Shown: piece by piece, positions 39,962-51,444 of the stretch
How the letters are laid out: each line of letters starts with the position of its first letter
How positions within the stretch are numbered: the first letter of the stretch is position 1
Source of the DNA: Callorhinchus milii
Taxonomy: Eukaryota
Assembly: GCF_018977255.1 (NCBI RefSeq)
Contig: NW_024704743.1
Coordinates: 26,166,001 to 26,230,000 of the forward strand
DNA: 64,000 nt
Direction of reading: 5' to 3'
The notes under the pieces: generated by a model
The model's input: the letters and a program-made list of their open reading frames with translations, nothing else
The model's database searches: none
Told to the model about the DNA's origin: nothing
Program-made: the position numbers and the translations under genes

Positions 39962-40307
39962 ATAATAATAATTCTTGCGCTTGATATAGCGCTTTTCACG
40001 GCTTCCAGATGTCTCAAAGCGCTTCACAAAATATACTGTAAAGTGAACTGACTGTATATTTTGTGGGTGAAATGCAGCAGCCAATTGCGCACAGCAGTGT
40101 CCCACAGCGGAGGATTGAGTGAACAAATGTTTTTTTTTGGAAGGGATTATTACTCCCAATTGACTAACAACCAAATTTCTACTTACTGCTAAGTAAACAG
40201 ATGCATGTGGAGAAAGAAACTTGCCCAATATTTCGCCCTTCCCAGGAATCAAACCCAGGTCCTCTCTCTTGCAGGGGAGTGCTCTAACCACTGAGCTACA
40301 GAACTCC
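39962..40307 (-). mobile_element. tRNA-Deu SINE, longer subfamily
   Basis: GGAGTTCTGTAGCTCAGTGGTTAGAGC head, Deu core and (TTA)n tail. Confidence 0.88.
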
Positions 40308-40665
40308 ACACGGATTGGGAGATGGGTGCTTTACTTATTTATTGTGACAAAATATGTTTAAAACTCTGTCTAAGTTTAAAAATCTTGATGCACATTGGAT
40401 TACAAAGTGTTTTGTTGCAATCCAATGATGGGTGTCAGGATGGGCATGGAAGCTTCAGTTTATTACATACTTACTCCCTTTGGGTTAGCAAATAATGCGG
40501 CAGTAGGTAGGGATAAAATTATGTGGTGGGTGCACAGGTGAACACTACATCAAATAAAACAAACCAGCTTCCCCATGAGTGGTGATGGTCTGAGTTTACT
40601 GCAGTAATACCCTGGCTGGCATTACTGAGGCAACATTACCTAACAAGGATGCAACTTATGCTACA

Positions 40666-40843
40666 AAAACAGAGAGAGCTGGGAACACTCAGCAGGTCAG
40701 GCCCTTTTGTCTGACGAAGGGTCGTGGACCCGAAACGTTGACTCACTTTCCTTTCTCCATAGATGCTGCCTGACCTGCTGAGTTTTCCCAGCTCTTTCTG
40801 TTTTTGTTTCGGATTCCAGCATCTGCAGTATTTTGTGTTTTAT
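40666..40843 (+). mobile_element. Penelope-like non-autonomous hairpin element with 16-bp TSD and hammerhead-like core
   Basis: TGCAACTTATGCTACA direct repeats at 40650-40665 and 40844-40859, ~38-bp inverted arms (40665-40702 / 40768-40805), and CTGACGA-A-GGGTC-gtg-GACCC-GAAACGTT at 40711-40739. Confidence 0.75.
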
Positions 40844-41537
40844 TGCAACTTATGCTACACCTGATCCCAAAACGCCACTATCAGTAGTTATTGGCTTTGA
40901 GGTTGGAATGTGACAAATTGGAAGTAGTTAAACTTGACCTCCCCCACTCACAGCCAAAACAAAATCCAAGCACATTAATTTCTGTATTTGTAACCTTCAT
41001 ATCAATTAAGCAAAGAACAGGGTGGAACAGGCTTGAAAGAAATGTGTAGTGAATGCAGACTTTTAGTAAGGCAAGCTCTTCCAGCATATAGGTGGATAAA
41101 TTCAATGACTGCAATTGCATACAGAACTTTTGTTTTGATCAGCCTGGGTTTCCCTTTGAGGGGGTGGGGGGAGAGTTTTAAATTTAAATGTGTCCATAAA
41201 CTTAAATTGTTTGCAGTTTTAATATGTATTCACTTATATGTAGAAAAAGTACCCTTCAGACAATGAAATACACCACAGCAAAAAAAAAGATCTCCTTTTT
41301 CTACTTACAAATGGGACAGAACGTAACCCTTTATTTAAACTGAGTTTCTTTTCATCATTCATTCATAATAATTTTTTCATACTTGTACAATAGTATTTAA
41401 TGATTTTAGCTCTCCGAGTCTTGCATTGCAATTCTGATGAAGATTCACACCCAAAATATTAACCTAATTTTCTGTTTTGTAACCCGACATGCATATTCAA
41501 CATATTCTGCTTTGTAGCAGAATTGAAAAGCAACCTA

Positions 41538-42084
41538 AAGTAAACTCCGAATAACCCAGCCCTGGGTTAACTCAACACAACCACTTAATTCCTCATGCTA
41601 TCAATATCCTGTCCGCTTCCCATATAAGCAAATAATAAGGGGTAATCTCTCTACTCGCCAATTCGCTTAACACGTAATTCATTGCATTGTGGAAATTCTT
41701 ACAATGTAAAATTGATCGGAAAAATTGTTCAACTATAAGATGGCGTCTTGTATTCCAGAAGCCTCTTGCCTTATCCTGTGGCTGGTGCAGGCACTCGGCG
41801 GAGGTCGGGCATGCGTGGTCGGATGCATTGCAGAGGCCTCTGGTCTATTGGAGGGCCTCCCGCCATATTGTGTGACTAGTACGGGCACTCACGGAGGTTG
41901 GGCCTGCATGCACAGTTGCGGTGCCTACGGTGAGGGGGTCACACGATATGGTGGGACTCAGTGAACGAGAGAGAGCATTACCAGGGGGGGCTTGAGAGCA
42001 TAAGGACCAACGGCTAACTTGTCACATCAGATAATTCGTCACTGGGGTTTTCCCTTGGGGTGAGGAGTTATCCGGAGTTTACTG
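41538..42084. mobile_element. Non-autonomous DNA transposon (MITE), Tc1/mariner-pogo type
   Basis: 20-bp TIRs matching 17/20 (AAGTAAACTCCGAATAACCC vs revcomp CAGTAAACTCCGGATAACTC), with TA on both flanks (41536-37, 42085-86). Confidence 0.68.
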
Positions 42085-42132
42085 TAGTTTAATAACCCGT
42101 GCATCGCCTGCGAACACTGGATTTCCTGCTAC

Positions 42133-42244
42133 CTGTGGCTCTCCTGCAGCATCTGAGTCAGTTCTTGGATTTGGCTGCAACACTGCAGCTTCTCCTTCAG
42201 ATTCTCAATTTCACTTTGCAGATTTTGGTTGTGGCTCTGTAACT
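42133..42244 (-). CDS. CEP72: CEP72 penultimate exon (ELQSHNQNLQSEIENLKEKLQCCSQIQELTQMLQESHR)
   Basis: Not in the ORF track; read manually. IQELTQMLQESH is identical to the human CEP72 motif as I recall it. Acceptor tatatgtag|AG, donor CAG|GTAGCA, phases 1/2. Confidence 0.93.
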
Positions 42245-42685
42245 CTACATATAATAAACAGTATGAGTTTCACAAAGAAAACTGAACCCATAGGCGAATC
42301 TACAAATGCTTTACCTATTTATCAATATTCTGTAGTCAGTTACTTCTATAACTCATCAGGTAAAATAGAGTTTAACGCATTCTCCTACACCAAAAGGTGC
42401 TATATAAATGCAAATTGTTGTAATTGTTGAATGTTAATATTACCAATTAATTTTGCATCAGACTGATTATTAAGGTTTACATGATGTGCTTGTGTGATAT
42501 CATTGTAAGGCAGGTTGGGTGATACAATGCTCAGGTGATAATTTGTACTGGGCTTTGTTGCTGAGGTGTAGTCACAGCCAACGGAGAACAGATATAAAAC
42601 CATATTGCCCAATCAACAATAACTTGCATTTATATAGTGCCCTTCATGCAGGATAGTATGTCAGTGTGCTCAAGGTGAGTATCGT

Positions 42686-43012
42686 GGAGTCCTGTAGCTC
42701 AGTGGTTAGAGCACTCGCTTTGCAAGCGAGAGACCTGAGTTCAATTCCAGGCAGGTCAGGGCGAAACCTTGGGCAAGTTTCCTTACTCCACACAGAGCCT
42801 AATAATAATCCCTCCAAAAACCAAAAACAGTAATAAATTGGTCATTTTCAATTTACGACTGTTTGTGGGACATTGCTGTGCGCAATTGGCTGCCGCGTTT
42901 GCCCACAAATATACAGTCAATTCACTTTACAGTGTGTTCTGTGAAGCGCTTTGGGACGTCCTCCTAACGTGAAAAGCGCTTTATCAAATGCAAGGATTGT
43001 TATTATTATTAT
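42686..43012 (+). mobile_element. tRNA-Deu SINE, young full-length copy
   Basis: A box TAGCTCAGTGG, B box GAGTTCAATTCC, Deu core, L2-like tail and (TTA)n. Confidence 0.93.
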
Positions 43013-43873
43013 CTAACATTTTCAGACTTTCCCAAAAAGAAATAGGAAGGGGAGTAAGCAGCAAGTGGTAAATAGCAGGGGAGTAAATAGCAGGGGAATT
43101 CACTTGTCTCCATCTCATTGGGTTTAATGTCAGAGGAGATCCAGAAACTGGCCATCCTAGAGACAGTCTTTGTACATCTGTCATCAGTTGATGTATAAAC
43201 AAAGAATTCCAGTTGCAGGTGCCCGATTAGCTCATTAATAGGAACAAAATAGATTAGCCATGCCAGCGGGCTGCCGACATGTATTACTTTTGTGATATTT
43301 AGGAAGTCGGAGCTATAATTCAGATGTTGTATAGTATTGGGGAAGGTTGCTCATCAAGCATATTTGGTTTCACAAATTTGTGGTGATTTCACTATACACT
43401 GTATCCCAACAGTGTACACAGTGACTCAGAACTCAGGTCTAAGGAGATATTAGGTCAGAGCCCAGTTCTTGAGTCAACATGACGTACATGGTATTCCGTG
43501 CATGAAAACACAGTTTGTGATGTGAAACAATTTTTCCAGTGGCTAAGTGCCTGTAACACTACTGATTTCCTAACCTCAATGTGAACCCTCTGATAAAAAT
43601 AAATACTTTACCTATCACAATTAATTCACAAGAATGGGTATGAGTGAATGTGCTTGGTCAGCAGCCTTCTCCAAACCTTTGGTGTTAAAGGGCAGAATTT
43701 GACTTTAATGCAGATCAAACTAGTAATTTATTTCCTAAAACTCACCTATCAGTGAAGGGCATGATATGCCTGTACAATAATGCATCCATTCATAAAACAG
43801 AAGGTTTCCATTGCCAAAAGGCACACATGATAGGATTGCACAGAACACAACAATGAAATAGTGTAGAACACAC

Positions 43874-43994
43874 CTTCGAGATGTTGGTTAGAGGAATTGG
43901 AAACATTCAGCACTTTGTGTTCCAGTTTTATCACATGGTTCTGTAAAATATTTTTCTCTTCCAAAGTTCTGGTTAAACGATCCCTTAGCATTTC
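43874..43994 (-). CDS. CEP72: CEP72 exon (EMLRDRLTRTLEEKNILQ...NQHLE), coiled coil
   Basis: Acceptor tactttcatag|GAA (phase 0), donor GAAG|GTGTGT (phase 1). 121 nt, phase-compatible with both neighbours. Confidence 0.85.
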
Positions 43995-44661
43995 CTATGA
44001 AAGTAGAATCAAGGCTAGTTAGAGCCTGCAGTGCAACCTTAGACAAATCACATCAAGGAAAACACAACCAGTAAGAACGTACTTTACAAACAGGCTCTGG
44101 AATCTATTGTAGTACATAGTTCTCGGTTGATAAACAATGGTGCATAAATTAAACACAATTGTCTATTTATTATTAATAATACCTCAATGATTGTGATACT
44201 CGTGCTGGTAAACTGTCAGACCATCTTCCTGACCAGAAGTTATGAGCTAGGACAACTATGCTGTTCAATGGTGTTGCCATTGAAGGAGTCAGCTCTGCTG
44301 CCCTTTTCTGCTCCTTATGCTTTCACTGCTTGTAGATGGAAAGTGATAAATCTTATGGAATATCCTGCCACCTAGTGCTTTAAATGCAAACTCTACTGAA
44401 TCAATCAACAAGTTTCTGATTCAACAGAGTACAGGATTTGATTGAAAAATTCAACCCACTTGATTCAAGACCTTCTAAATCATTCACATCACTTATTGTT
44501 CCATGTAAGAGGCAACAAAAACAACACTGAATGAGATGTTTCCCTCATCAGTGGCTCTGCCAAATGCTGATCTAGCATTACTTAATGCTGAATTAAAGAC
44601 CTGGGGTTGAAATAAACACATGTCATGTAGGAATAATATAAATATATCACATATCGCATGT

Positions 44662-45078
44662 GTGTCAGTCTGATTCAGTGGTAGCATTCTCACTTCTGAG
44701 GCACAAGGTTTTGAATTCAAGCCCCATGTCAAGACTTGTAATCACAAAGTCTAAGTTGACACTCCAATGGTTGCATTGTTGGAGGTACCATCCTTCCAAT
44801 GAGATGTTAACTGAGGTCCCATCTGCCCTTTTGGGTGGATGTTAAAGATCCCATGGTACTATGCAAAAAGAGAAGGGAGTTTCTCCTGGGGTCCTGGCCA
44901 GCAATCACACAGTAAAATTGGTCACTCATTCCATGGATGTTTGTGGGATATTGCTGTGTGTAAGCTGACTGCTGTGTTCGTCCACAAAATACACAGTCAA
45001 ACCACCTTACAATTTATCCTGTGAATGCTTTGAGACCTCTCAACAATGTGATACAGTGCTATATAAAATGCAAAGATT
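44662..45078 (+). mobile_element. Old Deu-domain SINE with degenerate tRNA-like head
   Basis: TCAGTGGTAGCATTCTCACTTCTGAG head, GAGATGTTAACTGAGGTCCC...AAAGATCCCATGG core, and tail ATATAAAATGCAAAGATTATT. Confidence 0.75.
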
Positions 45079-46150
45079 ATTTCTGGATTAATATAAACCA
45101 TCAATTAGAGGGGATATTAATCTATTCAATCTGGGCTGTATTCAAACTTAGTCCTAGAGGGAAAAGGACTCCCAAGATGTTATTCCTGATATTCTTGGAA
45201 ACTCATGAGAAAGGACAGCATGTTACGCCCACAAAATACCTCCAGCAATGCAACGCCCAATCCACTTTGCAGTATATTGTGTGAAGCGCTTTGAGATGTC
45301 TAGAAGATGTGATAAGGCGCTATATCAGATGCAAGGTAAGACACAGATTTGTGTGTACAACTTCCCACATGATGAGCTTTTGGTCTGTGCATTGAAGTTG
45401 TGAGGAAACACTGAGGAGAGACGAGGTGCAATCAACAACAACTTGCATTTATATAGCTCCCTTAACGCGGGTTAGTGTCCCAGAGCACTTCACAGTCAAA
45501 CAGGAGGGCAGAAATTTCCATGCTCTTTGCTTACAGTACAGCATTGGTGGAGAGCTGAGGGTAGATTTCAGACAGCTTACTCTCTCACCTGAGGGTTGAT
45601 ATATTGAGGCCTGGACAGAGAAAAGCAACAAAAATACCAAAGAATTTACCAAGGATAAAATAGACAGACTGAGGGAGTGCAGCATAATCTGCAAGTCAGA
45701 AAAAGCAAATATCCAACTCACAACTAAATGGTTAAAGCCTTGGTCGCAAAAAAGGAAACTTCTCCTTAGAACATACAAAATTGTTCTTGGTTCTTCTATC
45801 TCTGAGTCGAAACCCCAGCTAGTTGCAATTGCTGAGTTTGGTATTACTTTGTCGAGCAGCTTCTGGATGTACCTGCAGATGTGTCAAGAATGGCTTCCTA
45901 GTATTGGCGTACACATACACAGTTGCTACACTTCCACAGTAAAATCTTGGTGAAGTGATAAAGATGCTACATCAAATGCAAGGATAATTATTATCTTATT
46001 ATTAGAATAAATGATCTATCACAAGTTGGGGATCTATTCTTCAATTTATTAACAAGATGAAATAAGATTTACTTCATGCTAAAAGTATACTATCCCTGTT
46101 AATCAGATTTTTTTCAAGTGTGAACGAGTTAATGAGTGGCTTGCTCTTAC

Positions 46151-46356
46151 CACGTCTTTTTCAGCTTCCATGAATTGCACTCTCAGCTTTTGTAGGTTCT
46201 CACTATGATGTTGCTCCTGGTGGGAAAGACTTGCTTGCAAAGCCTCATTCTTCTCTTTTAAATGGCTCACTTGTTCTTGCAATTTAAAGTCACTTTTTGG
46301 TTCACTTTGTGGCTGTAACCCATCCAGCATGGCGGACCAAATAATCCTTGCCTGGT
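46151..46356 (-). CDS. CEP72: CEP72 exon (NQARIIWSAML...QFMEAEKDV), start of coiled coil
   Basis: Acceptor tttgtttcacag|AC completes A+AC (Asn), giving FL-N-QAR (human FLAQAR). Donor GTG|GTAAGA, phase 0. Heptad-rich. Confidence 0.88.
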
Positions 46357-46482
46357 CTGTGAAACAAATAGAAACAAGGTAAAAAAAAAGATAGCATGTA
46401 TATTACTTGTATAGCTAGATGCAAAATACAAATACTTTTATTCAGGAACTGCTGCATAAATTTTTTAAAAATCATAATTATA

Positions 46483-47405
46483 TGGTCAAAGTCACTAATG
46501 ACATTCTGAACATCTGTGATCAGGGCTCCCTCTGCCTCCTTGTCCTCCTTGACGTCTCTGCTGCCTTCGACACTGTCGACCACTCCATCCTCATACACCG
46601 CCTCTCCTCCTTACTTAATCTTCGCGGACCTGCCTTTGCCTGGTTCGATTCCTATCTCTCTCACCGTCTCCACTTTGTTGCCTCTAATGGTTACTCCTCC
46701 AGCCTCCGCACTGTCACGTCTGGCATCCCCCAGGGCTCTGTCCTTGGCCCTCTCCTCTTTAATATCTACATGCTCCTCCTTGGTGAAACCATCTGCAGAC
46801 ATGGGGTCAACTTCCACATGTATGCAGATGACACCCAACTCTATCTTTCTGCCTCCACCCTCAACTCCAGGACCACTGCTGTCCTGACAGACTGCCTGTC
46901 GGACATCAAGTCCTGGATGAGGGTAAACTTCCTACAGTTGAATATGAACAAGACTGAGGCCCTCCTGATTGGCTCGCGCCAGAGCCTCTGCACCTCAGGC
47001 TCTGTTAGCATCAACCTCCATGGTTGCTCACTACAACTCACCAGCCGGTCAGGAGCCTCGGTGTCTTGTTCGACCCTCAACTGTCTTTTCTTCCCCACAT
47101 TGAAGCCATGACCCGCTCTGCCTTCCCTCACCTCCGTAACATCGCCCGACTCCGGCACTACCTCATCCCTCAGGCCACTGAAACTCTTGTTCATGCCTTC
47201 ATCACCTCCAGCCTCGACTATGCAAACGCTCTGCTTGTCGGCCTTCCCAACTTCTCCCTCCACAGGCTACCCCACTTACCCTCCTCGCCCTTCTCCCCCC
47301 TAACCCCAGCTCGGGTCTGAAATGCTGTACGCTATCCAGCGCCTTGGGACGTCCTCCCAACATGAAAGGCGCTATACAAATGTAATCTTGTTGTTGTTGT
47401 TGATA
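46483..47405 (+). mobile_element. L2-clade LINE RT fragment with 3' tail
   Basis: 230-aa ORF with LLDVSAAFDTVDH, GIPQGSVLGPLLFNIY and YADDTQLY, followed by a frameshift, an internal deletion and a (TTG)n tail. Confidence 0.95.
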
Positions 47406-47719
47406 ATAATCTTTGTATTTGATACAGTGCCTTGTCACATTATCGAGAAGGCTCAAAGTGCTCCACAGGATTTATTGTGAACTGTTGTGACTGTATTTGT
47501 AGATGTATCAGCAATGATGTTACGTTTCAGAATGACATATTTTTTTTAAGGCGCTGTCACTGGGAACAAAAAATACTTAATTAGTGTAAACCTTAAAAGC
47601 TGAATCACAAATTCTCCTGGAATGTTTCAATACACCATCAGATCGCTGCTGATGTAAGCAGTTTGAGGGATAGAGATAGAGGAAACCTGGTCAAAATTAA
47701 TAAGCCTTCAGTGAGACAC

Positions 47720-48180
47720 GAGATTTAATGCCTTTCACGTAGTCAGGTGATGCCAAAGCACTGGAGGGTTGAGTGGGTTGGATTCTGGAGAGGTGGAGCC
47801 AAGGGAGGTGGAGGTGTAAGATAAGCGAAGGCACGGTAATAGAGTTCGATCTTGAGACAGTCCTTGAAGGAGACAAGGGATGGGTGGTCGAAGGGATAGT
47901 TTTTTAAGGTGGGGTGTAAAAACAGATGAAGAGGGGTGATATGGAGGGGTAGAGGGAGGTCCAGAGGTTAGGAGCGAAGTATCTGAAATCTCGGCTCCTG
48001 GTGATGGTGTAGAAAGGGCAGGGGATGCATGGCAAACCTGGGAGGCAGGTAGTGGTGATGAGCAGATGAGTGAGGGAGGAGATCAGAGAGATAGGGAGGT
48101 GCTTGGGCTCAGAGGGGTTTATCGGAGAGTGTCAGGCCTTCAAATCAATCTACTGGGAGACGGGGACACAGTGGAACCCG
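47720..48180 (-). mobile_element. Degenerate L2 3' fragment
   Basis: Purine-rich segment similar to the other L2 3' ends (GGTCCAGAGGTTAGGAGCG, GGGAGACGGGGACACAGTGGA). Confidence 0.6.
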
Positions 48181-48251
48181 CAGACGACCACACACAAAAT
48201 GAATAATAAGTTTTTTTGGTTCACTAAAGAAATCTTTGCTACAGTACTCAC

Positions 48252-48390
48252 TTAGAAATGTTTCATTGCAATGAAGAGATTTAAATCCATTCCAGTATTT
48301 GTCAACTAGGTCTAGAAAATGTTCCATGAGAGTTGGATTGAGGGTTGCATTTGTATCAGCTGAAACCTCACTGGTTGCTGGATGAACTGC
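48252..48390 (-). CDS. CEP72: CEP72 exon (AVHPATSE...MEHFLDLVDKYWNGFKSLHCNETFL)
   Basis: Matches the conserved CEP72 motif LLDLVDRSWGGCRSLHSNEAFL. Acceptor catttacag|GCA, donor A|GTGAGT (phases 0/1). Confidence 0.92.
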
Positions 48391-49591
48391 CTGTAAATGG
48401 ATATTAGTTTAAAAAGTTGAAAATTTATATTATTTTCCTTATTTCAGTTAATACACAGAGAATGCAACATACAATAGTATTTTGGTGATGTGGACTTTTT
48501 CTATAAAGACTACCACAAATTACTGCATCTGTGCCAGAATTCCATGTTCAAATATGTATTTGTTGCATTAATAGGCAAAACACCTACACCAAATAAAATG
48601 GTCAGTGTTTACATGCATACATCATTGAATTATACAGCATTCAAGGTGTACTAAAAGGGCAAATCAACTCTGATATATAATTTTTTTTAACTCATAATCC
48701 ACTCTATCCTACATGTTGTGGAAAAAAGCCCCTTAAATATTAAGGTTCTCTTCAAGGGTGCAGTATTGGTACAGTATTATATCGGTCATAAGCTTATTCA
48801 GTGATGAACAGATTTCTTAGTTCAAGTTGTTAAAGAAGTGGTTTTAGGTAGGTTACAAATTACTAACTACTAATAGATCACTTAACCTCTTTACACTGTA
48901 TGTGTTGCTGCAATGAATGGACTGTATTTTGGAACAGATGTGACAGTGAACTTTGTGACACTCGCTCTCACATTATACTGGTATGAAAACACCCCTTCCC
49001 CCACCTCATAATGGTTGCTTTTATGGATTATAAACCCAACAAAACAAAGCAAGGGTTTGATCGCAGGGAATGTTTTGTTTCTTTCATTTACACTGACTTA
49101 CAATGTGTGTATTCAGTCTAGCTAATTCTGATCGTTCTGTCATTCTGATCATTTGGAGAAGATTCTCCATACAGTGTAAATTACAATGAACGCAGAATTT
49201 CAGCATCACAATACATCAGGTTAAACCAGATAAACGACAATAACTTTCAGCAATATTGGGCTAAATAAGAAGTCTATATCTGGAGCACTTAATAAAAGTA
49301 AAACCAAGAAACCAGTACATCAACCAAGCGTTCCCTACTTAACTACAAATGGAAACAATCTGAACACCATACGAAAACAATGTAAATGTTAAAATTTGAA
49401 TTGTTTTTACATTAAAGCAATTTATAATGATAACGCTATGGCAAAAAGTTTTGTTAGTAACCTTGACAATTAAGAACAAGATGCTAGTCCCTTTCATGGT
49501 AATGTTGCTGCTATAATCTTGGTGAGGTATAATGCCAGTTTGTATGCCTCAGGCAAAAAAAAAAATTAATTGTACAGTTCGAAGCACTCAC

Positions 49592-49911
49592 CTCTCTGGT
49601 TCTGTCATGTGTGCCACTAAAGTGATCGTGACTAAAAGTCCTTTGAGGGAGAAATTGCTTTTTGAGATTTTGATCTTCTGATTTATCCTGTCGGGAGCTT
49701 GCTGTACAGACAATAACAGGCTGTTTAGATTGAATGGCTGAAGAGGAATTGTGGGGTTGCAAGGATGGTTGGCCATTCATCTCCTGATTCTGCCCATTAA
49801 TCTCAGCTGCCGACAAAGTACCTACATAAGGAAAAGGTACTGCTGATTTGTGATGCTGATGTCCTTGTGAGGAGGGATATGTAGTTTTTGGTAGAACAGT
49901 CTCTGATGAGC
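49592..49911 (-). CDS. CEP72: CEP72 internal exon (SSETVLPK...HDRTRE); alternative in-frame acceptor at 49821
   Basis: Acceptor tatttttccacag|GC (phase 1), open frame, strong donor GAG|GTGAGT (phase 0). This is a low-conservation Ser/Gln-rich linker, supported mainly by splice signals and phase. Confidence 0.72.
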
Positions 49912-51444
49912 CTGTGGAAAATACCAGACACGGTTGGCATACATTACTGACAATCCAAGAGTAGGTCAGACAACATAAAAGCCATTAAGCTGCTGTAATA
50001 TTTGCTGCAGCTGAGTATGATGCGAGTGCACAAATGGTAAAATATGAGCACACTTTTCAAAGTTGGGCTTTTCCTTTCCATGAAATAATTCCTTCCTCCA
50101 CCATCTTCTATTAATTGCTCAAGGCTCAAACGAAGTTACAACAACACCTCTTATCAACATGTTCAAACAAGCAAAGCTGCTGTTAGTCCAATAGCTGTGA
50201 AGGGCAGAAAATTAGAGACGAGTTTCTTTCAAGATTATTTTTCTTTCTCTCATTATTACCATCAACTTTGATTAAATAGTACATTACTTGAAAGGTCTCT
50301 CATGGCAACACATTCAAGAGGAAAACATTCAAATCATTTAGAGTTCCTGAATCTCATAATTGTTTATGTAGCAATGTTCTGGCACTAACATAAAAGTACC
50401 ATCCAAAGCAATATATTCTGGAAAAATAAAGTCTTACAGCATTGGATAATCAACAGCAGGTTTCATTTACAAAAAGAAAAACAATTTATATTGAACGTTA
50501 CAGCACAGACACAGGCCCTTTGACCCACGTAGTTCTAAAAATGCTTCTCCACAAATATTTTACAAAATTAAAACAAGAAGTACCATATTAATTGGCTCAT
50601 GAAAAGAAATAAAGAAGCACTGTATTTTAAATAGTGATTTAAACTAGAACTTTAGTGCCTCTGTTTAGATCAGGAAAATCAGTTCTGCAGAGACATTACT
50701 CCGAGGATAGAGAGGGAGACAATTTCATCTCAACCTAAAAACCAGTAATTTATTTTTAAAAAACAGCTATTTTAGTAGCCATTTCTACTGAGTTAGTTTT
50801 AATACATATATAAGAACGAGTAGACTGGTGTAACATTTTTATACATATCAGTAAACGCTTAACAAATGGAACCATTGTCAACCATCTTAATTTTCACTGT
50901 TTGAATTCTAATTTCGTACTCTATGTGCACAAAAATCAGAAAATAACAAATAATTATTTTCATTGGCAGTCAGGTTTACTTATTTGCCAGATTTGATGGG
51001 TTTGGAGATACTGTAAAAGCAGAAATTAATCACCTCCACATGCTTAAAAAAACATGACCTACTAAGCTGTTAATGTATAAAGGACAGGAAAGACAGTAAC
51101 CTATTGATATTTTTCTAACCTGGACATTTTGATCTCTGATTTAACATTGTTTTAAGAAATATCGAAATGCTTTAATGTCAGAAACCATAAGCAAATCATT
51201 TTAGAGAAAGGTTCACAGTCCAGATCTAAGATATGCACATAAATTGTGCATTCAATGTATGTCTTGTGCAACTAGATTCATTCTCGACTTGAACAAATCT
51301 GTTGTAAAACCCAAACTTGAAATTTTCAAGATCAGGTTTTTAATGCTAAATGCATGGTATGTGAGATAGGTTTCTTATTTCCTCACTCCTACTCTCAAAT
51401 ACATTCACTTTGCATAAATTGAAGATAGAAAGACAACGTCTTGT

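Noticed and set aside
42686..42760. Apparent tRNA-Ala(TGC) genes (also at 52134, 55894, 60931 and 5059)
   Set aside because: No complete acceptor stem, and each continues into a SINE body and (TTA)n tail. They are SINE heads.
46419..47111. 230-aa RT ORF as a retron, DGR or domesticated RT
   Set aside because: It is a truncated, frameshifted copy of the same L2 family present several times in the window, in a vertebrate intron.
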